A stretch of DNA of 64,000 bases from Octopus sinensis (taxonomy: Eukaryota): positions 80,848,001 to 80,912,000 of the forward strand of contig NC_042999.1 of assembly GCF_006345805.1 (NCBI RefSeq). The letters run 5' to 3'. Both the position numbers and the translations under genes were made by a program. The number at the start of each line of letters is the position of its first letter. Positions within the stretch are counted from its first letter, which is position 1. The notes beneath the pieces are model-generated. The model was not told the DNA's origin, made no database searches, and saw only the letters and a program-made list of their open reading frames with translations. Of this stretch, positions 14,191-28,430 are shown piece after piece.

Positions 14191-16230
14191 TGAAATTCTA
14201 CTGGGCATTTGAATCGTATCATGAGTTGTACCATTTCTTCAAAGAAGCTGTAGAAGATTATGAGCGGTAACATTTAAAGGAGAAAGTGTAAATAAAAATC
14301 TTTATAATTCCAAAATTTTCACAATTCATTACCAAACATTTACGCCAACGGGTCAAGTTGTTAGGGTAACAGCAAACTACTCTTTCCATCGACAATGAAA
14401 CTGATATATTAAATGTAAGACGTAGACAGACACTAATAACACTTATACCGAAAAAATCCTGCCGCAGTTACACAGGCAATGGGTCGCTGATTAAGAAAAG
14501 AAAGAATTCAAAACAAAGTTAACAGCAATATCTAAACGAAACTTTGACATTTATATCAACACGAACTCACGATTATGGGAGAAGTCGTTCGGTAAAGTAC
14601 GTAATTGTTTTATCCCTGCTCAATGAAGAGTAGCTACTACAGATTAATGCTCTCACTTTTTGAAGATTGAATGCTCTAAAAAAATGTGTTGAAGTTAAAT
14701 TTTTACCAGTTCACAGAAGTATCAATGATCATTCGTAACGAGAAAAAAACAGTGTCACTGCTATAAAAAAAATGAAATTTAAAATACTAACTTCCCATAT
14801 GATAAATGATAGCTTATATAATCTTATTTTGAGGAGAGATTGTCCTGATAATCATACGAATATCACACAAGGCTCACAATATATTCACATCATCAAAATA
14901 ACAAAGGATACTGGTGAAAAGTCCTGTAAAAGCTGCAACCTGTTGCAACACAAAATGCCATACAGTGTTCGATGTTAAAGGAAGCGGAAAGCCTGTTAAA
15001 GGAAGCAAAAAGCCCGGCAGATATGAACGTTTAGCTCAAGATTGAAGGAAACATCATACTTAAAGCAGAAATAATAACATAATATTCTTTTGACTAGGTA
15101 AAAGATATTTATTTGTAGATATCGTTGGCGTGTACTGGACAATCCTTAAATTTGCTATTCCTTACATTAAGATCACCGCTTCAGTATGTACACATAATCC
15201 CATATACTTCTGAAATACACGCGGAAACTCTCCTACAGCTATAGATAGTAATACAAATCACGTGATTAAATATTAAAATGACATATGCAATTTTACCCAC
15301 AGGGTACATATATGCAAACATTTATCTTTATTTACATTAACCGTAAGAACTGCGAAGAGTTTAATGATTACAATCTTGCCACTTCATTACTGAGCAACGT
15401 GTCTTCTAGAGATGAAAACCCTAAATAAATACCAAAGATACCTACATATATTCATATCTGCATAGACATGCATACTGAAGTTGTTTGCTCATGTAAAAAT
15501 GTAGCATTCTAAAAACGGAAAAATTCATTGGATGTCCTTATCATTCTAAATGTTATTATATGGTGCGAGAACAAAGCTAAGATTGCACGATTCGCGAATC
15601 GAAACCGCCAGTGCCAGTTAAACAATTATTGATTCGTTTGTATATAACCGTGGATCAGATCATTTTAGCAAAAGTGAAACATAATGAAGTGGAATGAAAT
15701 ATATAATTAAACGTGTATAAATATATGAGATTTGCCTGAATGATTTTATGATATTAAGGCTTCGACAAATAAATGTACGAATGAATGAATGATTAAATTG
15801 TGAAAGTAATCGATATTATATAGGCGGTTCAACGAAAATTCATACCAAAAAGAGAAGAGGTAAAAGTAATACCTACAGGATATTTGGATAAATATCAACT
15901 TTGGCATATAGCGAATGTTAAATACTTCTGTTGAAGTGATTGAATGTAATGTCTTGGAATTTAGATTAATATAGTTTTCAGCTCCAAAACTAGTCAGCTT
16001 GGCACATTTATTTCCACCTTCAACAGTTGGTATGCAGAACATCACACTATGTGTATAATGCACATTGACACACACATACACAAAGAAATATATAAAAATA
16101 TACATATTTTAAAATATAGTTAGCATTCTGTCTCAAGAAAAAAAAAAGTATACCCGAACACGGAAACTCAATATTACGAAAACATACACTCGGGAGTTTA
16201 GTCAAATCCACTCATATAAATACACATGCA

Positions 16231-16266
<36 letters not shown>

Positions 16267-18627
16267 CACCTACAAACATATATGTATATGCATATATATT
16301 CTTATGTACATGGAAAAATATTTACATATATATATATAAGTATATATATATGTACGTATGTATATACATATATATTCTTTTATATATATATATATAGTGA
16401 GAGACAGAGAGAGAGAAGGAGAGAGATGGATGGATAGATAGATAGAGAGAGAGAGAGAGGGTGAGAGAGAGAGAGAGGAATTATATATAAATATGCATTT
16501 GCACGTGTTCAGAAATGTTTATATTCATGCATTCATAGGGAGAAATCTTCTCATACATCTATTGAAGCACACATCCGCACTTATAACCATACTCATTAAA
16601 TCACGCATAGTATCTTCATATAGATATACACATATACGCCTATTGTAATATGAGGAGAATTTTATACATTATCTCGAATAGAACTAATGTCACCTCTGGC
16701 CAGAAGATAGTGATAATAGCAATCTGTAGACTGGTCATTACAACTTCACAAATGAATAGCTACTTATTGCTGTGAGTTCAATTAAATTGTAGTTAATTAT
16801 ATGATTATAACCTTTGGCTAATTAGCAGAAGAGAGAAATTCTGACCAGTTGATTTAAATATTAGCGTTATGGTGCAGTTATGTCTTTCTGCATAGTGAAA
16901 CTTTTAATAGACTAAACGTTAGTTGCAGCAGCGTTATTATTGGCGAAAGCAAAAACAGTCAGCAGGCGACTATGTGGCTTCCTTGCTATAGATTATCCCC
17001 TTTAGAGCATAACGTTCAAAGATCAAATCCTTGTGCGCTTTTTACTATTTTGTCTTCAGTAAATAATTTGCAAGCAACTCACTGGAACTGTTCCAACGGC
17101 TACACCTCTACATTGATATGTGCACACATGCCAATAGTAAAAGCGTTATAATTATTTTTATTCACTAATGTGAGTTCATTCATACTGCTTATTCTTATCC
17201 AATTTTTAATCACAACAAATTACATAACAAACACTGACACAGGCAAATATTACGCCGTTGAGTCAAAGAAACTGACTATTATTTCGACAAGAATGTATTG
17301 ACCGTACTTCTTTTGTAGCTATCACGGATCATGAAATCGAAAAACCTTCTTCGGCAGAATTTTTATGCAGAAAACGAAAATATTTATCCTAATGCTACAA
17401 AGAGTTTCCCCTGACATGTAAATTCGCTATTAAAACTAATAATTTCTCCTCATGTACTACCAAAGTCCAAATATGAGACGATGGATATTAGTGACTTTAT
17501 CGTTACCGATAGATGGTTAGTACTTTATCGATTGGTAGGCAAATGAATCTTCGGCGGGATTTGAAACCAACGTAAGTGGCTAAAAATACATGATGCAATG
17601 CTTTCTTTCAGTTGATTTGATGATGTTGCTGATCACCTCCATGTTTCTGGTGCTTGACAATATTACGAGTGAGATGTCCGCATATATTTGCTGACTTTTT
17701 CCTCATTCTAGATCATACGGCGTGTCCCTCAAAAACTTCTAACTCCTAAAGTTGTAGCTCGCGCACCAGAACCGATCGAATGATATTGAACACTATTTCC
17801 CAAGTGGCGTCTCTACTATACAAATCCCTCGAACGTCTTTCATTCTCCCATACCTTATAGCACGCGTCCTAAATCTGGCAATGCAACCTTCTTGAGTTAC
17901 GATGATGTACTGAATATATATTAATCTTACCACTAGCTGCCTGGCGCAATTGCTTCCGTAGGCGTCACTTCTGAGTCACCAACTAGCTCTCTCTTTAGAA
18001 TTATCAATCATTATTACTAAACCTTATGAGTTCTAATCTGTTTTGTTATTTTTTTGTCATTATTTTTCATGCAAAACTACCACCAATGGTTAACGATTGT
18101 CTCCACGAAACCCGTCTTAACTATTTCATCGGGACAGATGGGTTCAGTGTCACATCCTTTGAAGCCTACCTAGCGCCACAGTGCAAATGGATCTAACCAA
18201 TATGAATTGTGGACACGCTACTCTATCACTGTTTGCAGACCTACAGTATACTGTTTCTGGATACGGGTTGGATGAATTAATGCTGTTTGTCCATGACTAT
18301 ATTAGCGCATTCACAAAATCTATTCGTGACCTATGAAACGGCCGGAAATGTCGGAGCAGATGTGCGATGTTTGGGAACATGGCTACTCTATCACCTTAGC
18401 TCACACAATCCAAATAAACATCCAAGATGCAGTACCAATCACCCATTAAAAATAAAGAGAGAGCTGTTTCAAGAAACTGCAAGAAGTTTGAAGGAGACTG
18501 GCCGCCTCTAATCTGTCGGTTACTAATCTGATTACTTTGTTACTGTTTAAATTCAGGACAACTAAGTTACCATCTGTATCCTAGAAACTCGACCGTGCCT
18601 TGAAACCCAGGCTTGCTGAATCAACTT

Positions 18628-19401
18628 TGGTGACAAAGTTAAATATCATAGACACAAAACATCTACTAAATATACTATCCTTACAGAATAAGCTTGACGG
18701 CAGGAAAGATATACAGAGATATGTTGGCAGCGCATTAGAGACACCAATCCACCTAACTCATCTGAGATTTGTCATGTATAGCTTTGGAAATTGATAATGT
18801 CTTACGTCTTTGCTTTGAAAACTTTGATGATATGGTAGTTGATCTTTGCCATACTGCACATGTCAATAACAATTATTTTTCAAACATAAATGCTTTCTTA
18901 GAGGTAGGATATAAAAGTTTGAAGGAAGTACGGACGCATGGCTCTTCAAACTAGCGTTTTATCACTTGAATCTTCGAAATCTAAAATATTCTCTATAATA
19001 TAACAATTAACAGTATCATTTAACAGAACGAAAAAGAACAATCTAATCCCTGTAATGTGGAAAACGTTTCTACCTAAATCGAAACAACTATGTTATAAAA
19101 TCAATTAACAAAAGTGCTTCTAACACTAAAATATTCTCACTGAAGAGCGAGGGGTTTCAACAACTTTCAATCAGAAACCTCTATAAGGCTTAAATTTTCC
19201 CTTGCTGATATTTGAAAACTGAATGAAACTAATTTCGTCTTCATTAAGAAATATGCAATGCCGGCTAAAGCACAAACATTTGTGGTGACAAAGTTAAATA
19301 TCATAGACACAAGACATCTATTAAATATACCATCCTTACAGTATAAGCTTGACGCCAGGAAAGATATATAGAGATAAGTTGGCAGCGCATTAGAGACACC
19401 A
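18628..19401. repeat. Pair of 119-bp direct repeats (18628-18746, 19283-19401) 536 bp apart
   Basis: Ungapped, 7 mismatches counted; each copy begins TGGTG and ends CACCA. Confidence 0.9.
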
Positions 19402-20909
19402 ATGTGAAATGTCGGAAGAGTGTATTTAATAACGTCCATTGCATTTCAATGCGGTAGAATGGTGGTTACGTGCACTTATTCGGTGCGATCGATAAACGGA
19501 TGGCAAAGGAATTATATTTTCGGCACGAAAATTCTGATTACAAATTAGAATAGACTTCGATCAGTTTTAATCTAAACACAAGATAGAAGCGACATTAGAC
19601 ACACTACTAGGATACAAGTTAACCATATTAACAAGACATAGTGGCATGCATTTATATGGCCACTGATTTTGTGAAATTAATGCCGCATATGTATTTAAAA
19701 AAGGAAATAAATTTCTCGTCTGGGTGTAGGAGTCTGGCCTGAGAGTAATAATACCGAAAAATCAACAGCGATTGAAAGAAATATCTACAACTCAGCAATA
19801 CAGAAGATAATAGTTGACTGTGTGGTGCCTTTCCTGAAACACTCGCCGGAATGAAAATGATTGTCATATAAATTACAATTGCTGTTCTGCATATACCTAC
19901 CACCAATATTTCAGCTGATGTATTTATGTGAATCACAACCGCGCGTATAATATGATAATGCGAAAATAATATGAGAAATTTTATCAACAGATTGTGCATA
20001 ATAAATCTGTTGTGTCTCTCCATTTCATAAATGGCAACATCCTATTAATTAATATCGTTGCAATATCGAGATCAAATTTGCCTGTCATATCTCTCCGTGG
20101 TTGATAATTAAAGAACCAGTTAAGTACTAATAGCGATGCTATCGACTATGATTAAATTAGAAGCAATTACTATCGGTACCAAGGGAGATAAATACTTCAG
20201 TAATACCAGCATTTCAAAGGAGATAAATATTTGCTCACAAAGTGTCTAATTGTACAGAAGCAAGCTGGAACGTTACAGAACAACTGTGAACAGCCTGATG
20301 AATTAGAAACATTATGGCACTTATGGATTTTGTTAATCAGCCCATTTGTAATTAATTATGTTTCCTGGAGTGATGTTCAACCATTTTTGTAAGGACATTC
20401 ATAAGCCATGCATCTCAAAAGACATAACCGGGTTTCACTCAATAGAAATACTAGTTAGATCACTCGCACACATCGTTTGTTAAACGTCAAAATTTTTCCG
20501 GAACTCAAGTGTGTGCGTTAACAATAAATGTAATTGCTAGCCTTGAACATGTATCTAGCACTGAATATTCTTGTTAAATATTTTTGCATATATTCCATAA
20601 AACACTTTCTGGAAATGTAAGTGTAATTGCAAATGGTTTGTACGTTTATTCCAAGATGTACGCAATTCATGTTTTCAGAAAAGAAATGCATCATATACAT
20701 CTTCAAGCAGGAACAGTAAAGGTAATAGTAACAATAGTAAGAACAGAATTAATATAAACCGAGAATATACATTTAAAACCCAGTGAATTTAACCGACAAG
20801 AGCAGTTTCCAAGTATATATTTCATCGACCTAAGGTAAGGGAATATCTATTGTAAATCTGTAACTGATATTGCTGTAGTGGGCGCAATCACAAATAATAT
20901 GAAAAATAG

Positions 20910-21300
20910 ATCACAGAATAAATCCCTCGATTTGGTCGATTCGTTAATATACTGGACAAAATCCTTAGCTCTCTGTGGTCGATCTTTACGTTCTGCGGTC
21001 AATTTTCAGCGAGTTTGAATTTCCATTTCATTATTTCTTTGTCCATAAAATAAGTACCAGTTTGCGCACTATGGTTGATGTGCCTATAGAAGAAAGAAGT
21101 ATTTTCTGCACCATAAGAGCATTTGATCGGAAGGATCGTTAGAGTGTCGAACAAAAGGCTTGCTGAATTAGTGTTTTGAGTTCAAATCACGCCGATATCA
21201 ACTTTGTCTTTCGCCCTTCCGTGATAGATAAAATAAAGTACTTATCAAATACTAGAGTAACTGCATCGGCTAAAATCCTCCCTCAAAATTATTGATTTTA
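20910..21300 (+). mobile_element. Two tandem degraded SINE family 2 copies
   Basis: TTTACGTTCTG / TTTTGAGTTCAAATC B-box regions and ATAAAATAAGTAC central block, present twice. Confidence 0.6.
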
Positions 21301-21771
21301 TTATTAATCAAATGCAATTATATTTCAGTCCCAGGGGTAGGCAAAAACCGCAGTAATATCAAAGTTTTCAAGATTTGACAAGAGGTAATAGTAATAATAG
21401 TAAGAATATGTGGTCACCAGTTAATTAAGTATTAAATTAGAACGAATAAGTTATCTGGACATTGTAATATGTTATAGATTATAGAAACCGCTAACTAGAA
21501 AGAAACCAAATTTAAACAATAATGCTTCTAAACTCTTCGATATATGGAAAGGTTCGAATGATATACGTAACTGAAGTCTAGATTATCGACTAGAATGCTC
21601 AAAAAGTGCATTCCTAGAAGTAAACTCCGGAACAAAATCACCTGAATGCTGTTCAGTGGGTTATCTTTACAACGGTGTCGATAGTGGTATGATCCATAAT
21701 GCACAATATATCAGTCGTTCGTCAGAAATCATCAAGTCAAGGATCTTGGTGGAGTTTTGCTGTGAGCCTAC

Positions 21772-21830
21772 CTCATTGTATGTTGAGTAACATTCAGCTG
21801 AAGGTTTGGACATAACCAGGATATTAGCAA
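21772..21830 (-). CDS. Candidate 59-nt coding exon (xANILVMSKPSAECYSTYNE)
   Basis: TGTAG acceptor with a weak pyrimidine tract and GAG|GTAGGC donor; open in phase 1 to 0; no recognisable homology. Confidence 0.2.
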
Positions 21831-22596
21831 CTACAATTAATTATTTTTGTTGTTATTACTGTCCAAATGTGTCTTCATCTTTCACAAATCCCACTTTTGA
21901 TTTGGAGTGCATATTTGCTTCTCTTGCTAGTATTTTAGTGTTCCAATGTCTTCGGTGGAGAAGTTTTGCTGTCTTTCGTCTTGAAAGGTCTTTTTTTCTC
22001 TTTTGTATAGTACTCTTCAGAACATACAACCATTGTACACGTTCTAAAGGACGTTGTTTCCCTTCTTTCCACAAAACTTATATATAGTTCTATCTTCTAC
22101 AAAGTATAATAAGCATAGATAGACAAATATATATACATATATACATACATACATACATACAGACAGACAGACATACAGACAGACAGTGAGATAGAGACAG
22201 ACGGATAAATAAATAGATAAAATATAAACATACATAGTTATGTTCTCAATGTCATCTCATCCTTAGTTACACTAGAATAGTCGAACAATTTACAGAAACA
22301 ATAAAAAAGTAACTTTATCCAACAGAGGTAATTAATTTCCCGAAAATTCGTAGACACATCTGGCTTGTACAATAGTTAATAATGACGATATTTATTGCAC
22401 GTGGCTATAAATATAGTTGATTAAATTGATTCCAGTAATTGTGTAGAATTTACATTATCGACCTCGAAATGTTTAAAAGCAAAATCGATATCGCTAAGTT
22501 TGAATTCCCTGTATAATATTTAGATGTCAGTAACCTTTAATGATTGCTCTCCTGGGAAAATTCTTCTTTGACACACTAAGTATGTTTCGCCAAGAA

Positions 22597-22631
22597 ATAG
22601 GTACCGGTTTATGGAAACTCATTCAGTCTAT
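22597..22631 (-). ncRNA. Highly degenerate hammerhead-like motif (C3-G8 type)
   Basis: ATAGA-CTGAATGA-GTTTCCAT-AAA-CCGGT-A-CCTAT; stem I ATAG/CTAT and ACCGGT palindrome; extra base in the core and G12 missing. Confidence 0.25.
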
Positions 22632-24244
22632 GGTGATTTTTTTGTTTCCATTTGTTTAAACATTGTAAGAGGTTATTTCCTTCGAATACGAAGTTGAGAA
22701 TTCTACTAATTAAATTTTACTATTATTCGAATATTTATCATATATTGGCGCACTTTCCATCATTCTGAAGTTATATACCTAATGCCTATTCCTATAACTA
22801 AAGAAACAATATTTTAGTTAGACAAAGAAATATCAAGTATCAGCAAAGAGACGTAACACTTGCATGCATGCATTCCAAATTAAGATTCTTTACTCGGTAT
22901 TGTGCTATTTATCGAAAGATCATTCACTTCCATAGTGGCACTTCAATGATGTGATCAGCTACTGAAGAACAGATGATTACATGCAATTTTGGAAACGTGC
23001 AAACCAGAATTCGTTTTAGTTAAATGAAATTGAATTTATTAACGATGCTCTGTATTGTTTGAAATGTGAAGTATTTAAATAGAACTCTCTGTTTCATTAA
23101 AAGCTTCATTAACGGTATTCTTTATCCAGTACTAAACACTATTGTTTGAAATCAATTTAGATGAATTAAATTATGCACGGAAGCTAAGAAAAACCAACTA
23201 ATCCTTCTAGCAGTTAAAGTGTATTGAAGTGTTTCAACAAACTGCTTTCAAATGATATTCTATATAGAAACATAATACAGTTTTATGTTTCAAGATTATT
23301 TTCGTGGCAAATAATTCTGCTTAAACGATGGTAATTGCTGCTCTTCTAGTAGATGTTTAGGTTAAGTAATAAACCTCGATCAAAAGTTATCTCATTCTAT
23401 ATTTAGAGAATAAATACATTGCTAGTTTAGAGAGTAATGGACTTCATGGGTGTACAATTTTTTCTATTCTATTTGAGCCTTTGCGTCTTTAATTTTAGGC
23501 AATTTCAACTGCGATTTTGTAAATCATTCTTGCTTTTCACTCAAATATTTTCAGTAAAGTGGGAGGGTTAAACAACGTTAAATGGAATCCACTACATAAC
23601 TGCGAGTTCCCCATAAAGCTAAAATATTTATGAAATGAATGAGAGTTATATAACCTCATTTCTTCTTCACTAACATATATAGTGATCAGATTGGCAAGAA
23701 AGCTGTGAAATCGGTTTTATTTCATAATAGTATTTCATAATAGCATTCATGTTATGCTTAGTTGATATAAATAATAAATCATTTTCCTATTTCTTATGAA
23801 TTCTATATTGGGATATGAGTAGAAAACTTTTTGATTGGAGTCTTGTAACTGGTCAGTAACTATATGAAGCGTTATAAAATGCACTTATGCTAATCTGATT
23901 TTACGAATATTAAATGAATATTTCATATAAGATTTAGTCTTCATAAATGAAAGGTCCAAGATATTTTACCATATAATTTAGATTACAATTTGCAAGAATT
24001 CTCAATTCATTTGATAATGATTTAATATTAACCCAAACATAATTATGTTGTGCGCAGTAATAATGTAGATAATCTGTTTTTACTTTCCTGTGATTATTTT
24101 GTTAAGCAAACTTTAGCCGAATATTCAAGGTATCTTCACACAAATATAAAATTTATGTCTAATTTGAACAAATTATGATATATTTGAACGTATTTAGTGG
24201 GATTCTGCCACTTATAGATTTCCTTCCTACAAATTGACTTACAG

Positions 24245-24384
24245 ACACCAAATTTGGGTATCACCTACATCAATCTTACCATGGTCCTTGGGCTCTGGCC
24301 GTCTTCTGCAGATATAATGATAACGTTGACGCATATAGTACAGAAAGGGGAGACTATAATCATATAGCGAAATACAAAATGATG
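24245..24384 (+). CDS. Candidate 140-nt exon (xTKFGYHLHQSYHGPWALAVFCRYNDNVDAYSTERGDYNHIAKYKMM)
   Basis: TTGACTTACAG acceptor and ATG|GTAGAT donor with an open frame; no homology recognised. Confidence 0.2.
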
Positions 24385-24928
24385 GTAGATGCGACATAGT
24401 CTGCTTGATTATTATCCATCCAATTTAAATAACACAGAAACTTCAAAGAAAAAACACTTGAAAACTTGCAATAATTACCAGGAACGATCTTATTTTCAAA
24501 GACCACATGCAGTGACACGGTTCGTCAGAGACCTTTAGACGAAAGAAGTAGTGGCTGAACTCAATCAGCAGGAAGCAACAGTTGGTCATTGAGTAGACAT
24601 CGCTACAAACGACCTAGTCTGTATCAGCAACCAAGCAAAGCAAATCTAAAGTGCCTTATTTAGATAGCATATTTGTTACAACGTTATCATTATTTCAAGG
24701 GAACTAAAATTTCTGTAACATTAAACTATAGCAGTATTTAGTTGAAGTGATTATTATGGAGAAAACTAAAACATTTTAGACAAGTAAAACTAGTAACAAA
24801 TTTATTTAATAATCACTAGGATAATGATCAACGCAACCACAAACCACCCGGAGCTTACATAAGTTGCAACACACACACAAGTGTATTTATATATTTACGT
24901 GTATACATATATTTATATACATACATGG

Positions 24929-24992
<64 letters not shown>

Positions 24993-25559
24993 ATATACAT
25001 ATATATCATATATATATACACACATACACATATATTTGAGCATGAGTTTGTGGGGGTCGAGTGTGTGTACGTGTGTTTGTGTATGACTGTGTATCTCATC
25101 TAATGAAAATAACTAGATACTAGTCAGTTAATAATAAGTTGTACTTATTGATCAATACAATAATAATCTTTACATAAATAATTAAACTAAAAATATGAAA
25201 TACTTCAGACAAAGCAAAAACACCAAAAGCGTCAACAAACGCTAAATAACACCAGAAATTGCTAAAAACAGCTCTTAAAGAGAATAATAATTTATGTAGA
25301 AGCAATCACAACAATATAAGAGAAATATAGCTATTTTCTAATTTTTCTGTCCGACGTTAATATGCACTTGACTAGCTTAAATAAATAAATAAATTTCAGC
25401 TAATATTTGATAAGTGTTCACATAATTAATGCTATTAATAGTTGTCTTCCTATCTACGCAGTAAATAATTAAATATATAATTTCAAGTAAATGTAAGCTA
25501 AAGCAGGGGTAGTGGTCTGCGTCAGCAAGACTTTTATTATTTGGCAAAAGTAGTAGTAA

Positions 25560-26255
25560 AATGTTTCTTTTTATTTTCATTCTTCTATTTGTTTCAGTCG
25601 TTTGATTGCAGCCATGCAGGAGCATCGCCTTTAGTTGAACAAAGCGACTCCAGGACTTAGTCTTTGTAAGCCTAGTAATGATTTTTTCGGTCTCTTTTGC
25701 CGATATGCTATTTTGTACTGTCGTTACTGTCCTGTTTTTGTTACCATTTTTACCCCTCCGCAAAAAGATCTCAAATTTTATTGAATTTGCTTTTCGCGGG
25801 AAGGAACGTTTCTATCGAAGATGCGTATCGCCTTCACCTTCGAAACGAAGAGTAGATGAAACCATGGCGACTAAAGAAAGGTAATTTTCCTTGTGTTATT
25901 TGTTCTGTACTCTATTTTTTTGTTGTTTAAGAAAAATGTCCAGTTCCTTGGTTTTGTGTTTATGTTTTCGTTTCTCATTGTGTTCGACGTTTCTTTGGTG
26001 TCCTATACTCATATATGCGTGTATATACACATGTAGAGGTAGGTACGTACATATATGTATGTATATATGCATATGTTTTATTTATTATTTTATTATATAT
26101 ATATATAGATAGATATATACATATATACACGACGGGCTTCTTTCAGTTTCCGTCTACCAAATCCATTCACAAGGCTTTGATCGGCCCGAGGCCATATTAG
26201 AAGACACCTGCCCAAGGGTCCACGCAGTGGGAGTGAACCCGGAACCATGTGGTAG
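25560..26255 (-). mobile_element. SINE family 3, interrupted by repeat family A
   Basis: SINE 3' part at about 25560-25710 and tRNA-like head at about 26120-26255, with family A between them. Confidence 0.8.
25711..26100 (+). repeat. Dispersed repeat family A, longer copy
   Basis: Homology to 12024-12268; ends in (TA)n. Confidence 0.7.
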
Positions 26256-28334
26256 GTGAAATGCGTTCGATATATAATATAATGTAGCAGGGACGAAGAA
26301 AGTTTATACACGATGCACTACTATTAACATTACAGGAGACTCAACGCTCATAATCACAGCACGCAGTGAACTTTTCATCAACCCAAACTTACAATCACTC
26401 ACAGCTCTAGTTTATAATAATGAGCCAGTCCACCTTTTGTCACTCAGTAGGTGGTCGGAATCCTTCCACATTAAAATTGCCATTGGGTGTGGATTGTCAA
26501 TTATTTCGAACAAGTTTCTCTTTACGATAAATCAGACAAGGGGAAACGAAAGGCATTAGAATTTTAGTCATTTCATGTTTGAAAGAAAATCTGTAATGGA
26601 AGGGAGATTCAAAACATCGTAAGCGTGCAAACGTAGGTAGGATATACTTCGAGAAGAGAAACTCGGTGAGAGATGGTCAAAGAGGAGAAATAAAAACTGG
26701 AAGAGAAACTAATGATGATGACGTAAATTCACTGGTGAAGTAAGAACAGATGAAGGAGCAGGAGGTAAAACGTATAACCATATACGCATTGGACGAGCAT
26801 TCGGTTAAAATAAAAATGTGTACATACTTTTTAATGTATATACAAATTCAAACGTCTCTAGATACAAAATTTAGTTTGGAGAAATTCGCTTCAGAAGTTT
26901 TGTGTGTTTCTTCTTTAAAACGGGGTATAATATTTGGATATGGTTCAATGTAGAGATTAAGCAAATTCGAAACTTTAGTAGGCTGGCTATTGATAGCGGA
27001 AGGTACAGAAAGCAAAGTGCTTTAGAACATGACTGATAAAAGCTAGTATGGTGACATATAGATGTGTTAGACTAATGTAATCTTTTAATCCTTACACATC
27101 TACACCAATATAGCCGATACAACAAATTCGTTCCTCTCTATTTTACTATTCATGTAAAGACGACCAATGTCCTTTCTTCTGAGGCAATTTGAGAATCATG
27201 GTTCTGTGAAACCTTGAAGTCACCGTCATAGATCCTTTAATAAATACTTTTATTCTTATGGTCATATTGAATTCATTATTCGGATGATTTTGTTTTTATA
27301 TATATTTTTGAAATGCCATCGAAAATCGATTAAGGGTGCTCATATTTTTCAATCTATAGAAAAGTTGGAAAATTTGATCTCTTTCTGGATTGAGGTCCCA
27401 GTCGACTGCCTGCTGGTATCAAATTAGGTGTCAAACACTTACAATATGCAAATTAATAGTTCCAGGTGTCTGAAGTTACAGGATTTGCTGAGTATATAAA
27501 CAGATTGTCTGCTGGCTGTTTTTTTCTTTTTTCCTAGAATTTGAAGAATGATAAAGACACCAGTGATGAGAAACCTATAAGATAGGAATATCGCTTAAGG
27601 ATTTTCGTCTTGTTTCTCCCGATCTACGGAGAAAATGTCTACATTTCATCCTCTTTATGTATGTACTGCATGGGTTATATATTAGTAAGCATACATATGT
27701 ACGTTGACGCACTCATATGTTTGTTTGTTTGCATGTGTGTGTTTCTGTAAATAAATGAATATATATATATGATGTATTTGTGTTCCTATGTGTCTACGTG
27801 AGTATGCCTGCATGTATCGATGCATTCATTGATATTTATATTGGCAGGGAAATCACATCAATCATTCCGATCTCTGTAAGCCAAACGCATTAGCTTGTCA
27901 CTAACATTACTTAACTGGTTTAATTCTTATTCTTTCATTCTGGTTTCTTTTTAATGCTACTTTGGATGTTAAACTTATGTTATTATCTTCTATTCTGTAA
28001 TGGAAAGTGTTATTTTGTTACTATTTATATGTCAAAAATTATATTTCTTTCTGATCTTCACTTACATGCATTGTTATTAAAGTACAGTCGACTTGTACAG
28101 TACTTATAATATTTTCACTAGTTTTACTGGCTTTTTTAATTGTGATTTTTATGAGTGCTGTTCTTATACCTTCGTTTTTATTAATATTTTCCGAGTCTTG
28201 CTATCTCTCTTCTAATTTTTCTTCGTCATTGCTATTATATCTCCAGATCCACCTTTCCGTCCTGCTATCCTAACAGCTATCTCCTCATCGCATTCAGCAT
28301 ATTCATTTTTACGTTTGATGTTCTCTTTGTTATT

Positions 28335-28430
28335 GTTCTTATTGTTTCTTCCTCCTCCTCCTCCTCCTTCTTCATTTTCTTGTTGCTGCTGTCGTTATTG
28401 TTGTTGTTGTTGTTCTTCTTCTTCTTCTTC
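28335..28430. repeat. Compound trinucleotide tract (CCT)/(TTG)/(TTC)
   Basis: Directly visible. Confidence 0.9.

Noticed and set aside
19652-20023. 123-aa hydrophobic minus-strand ORF as a receptor fragment
   Set aside because: No GPCR or Cys-loop motifs; hydrophobicity is expected from AT-rich codons
20295-20320. CTGATGA-ATTA-GAAAC
   Set aside because: Stem II cannot form and U16.1 is absent
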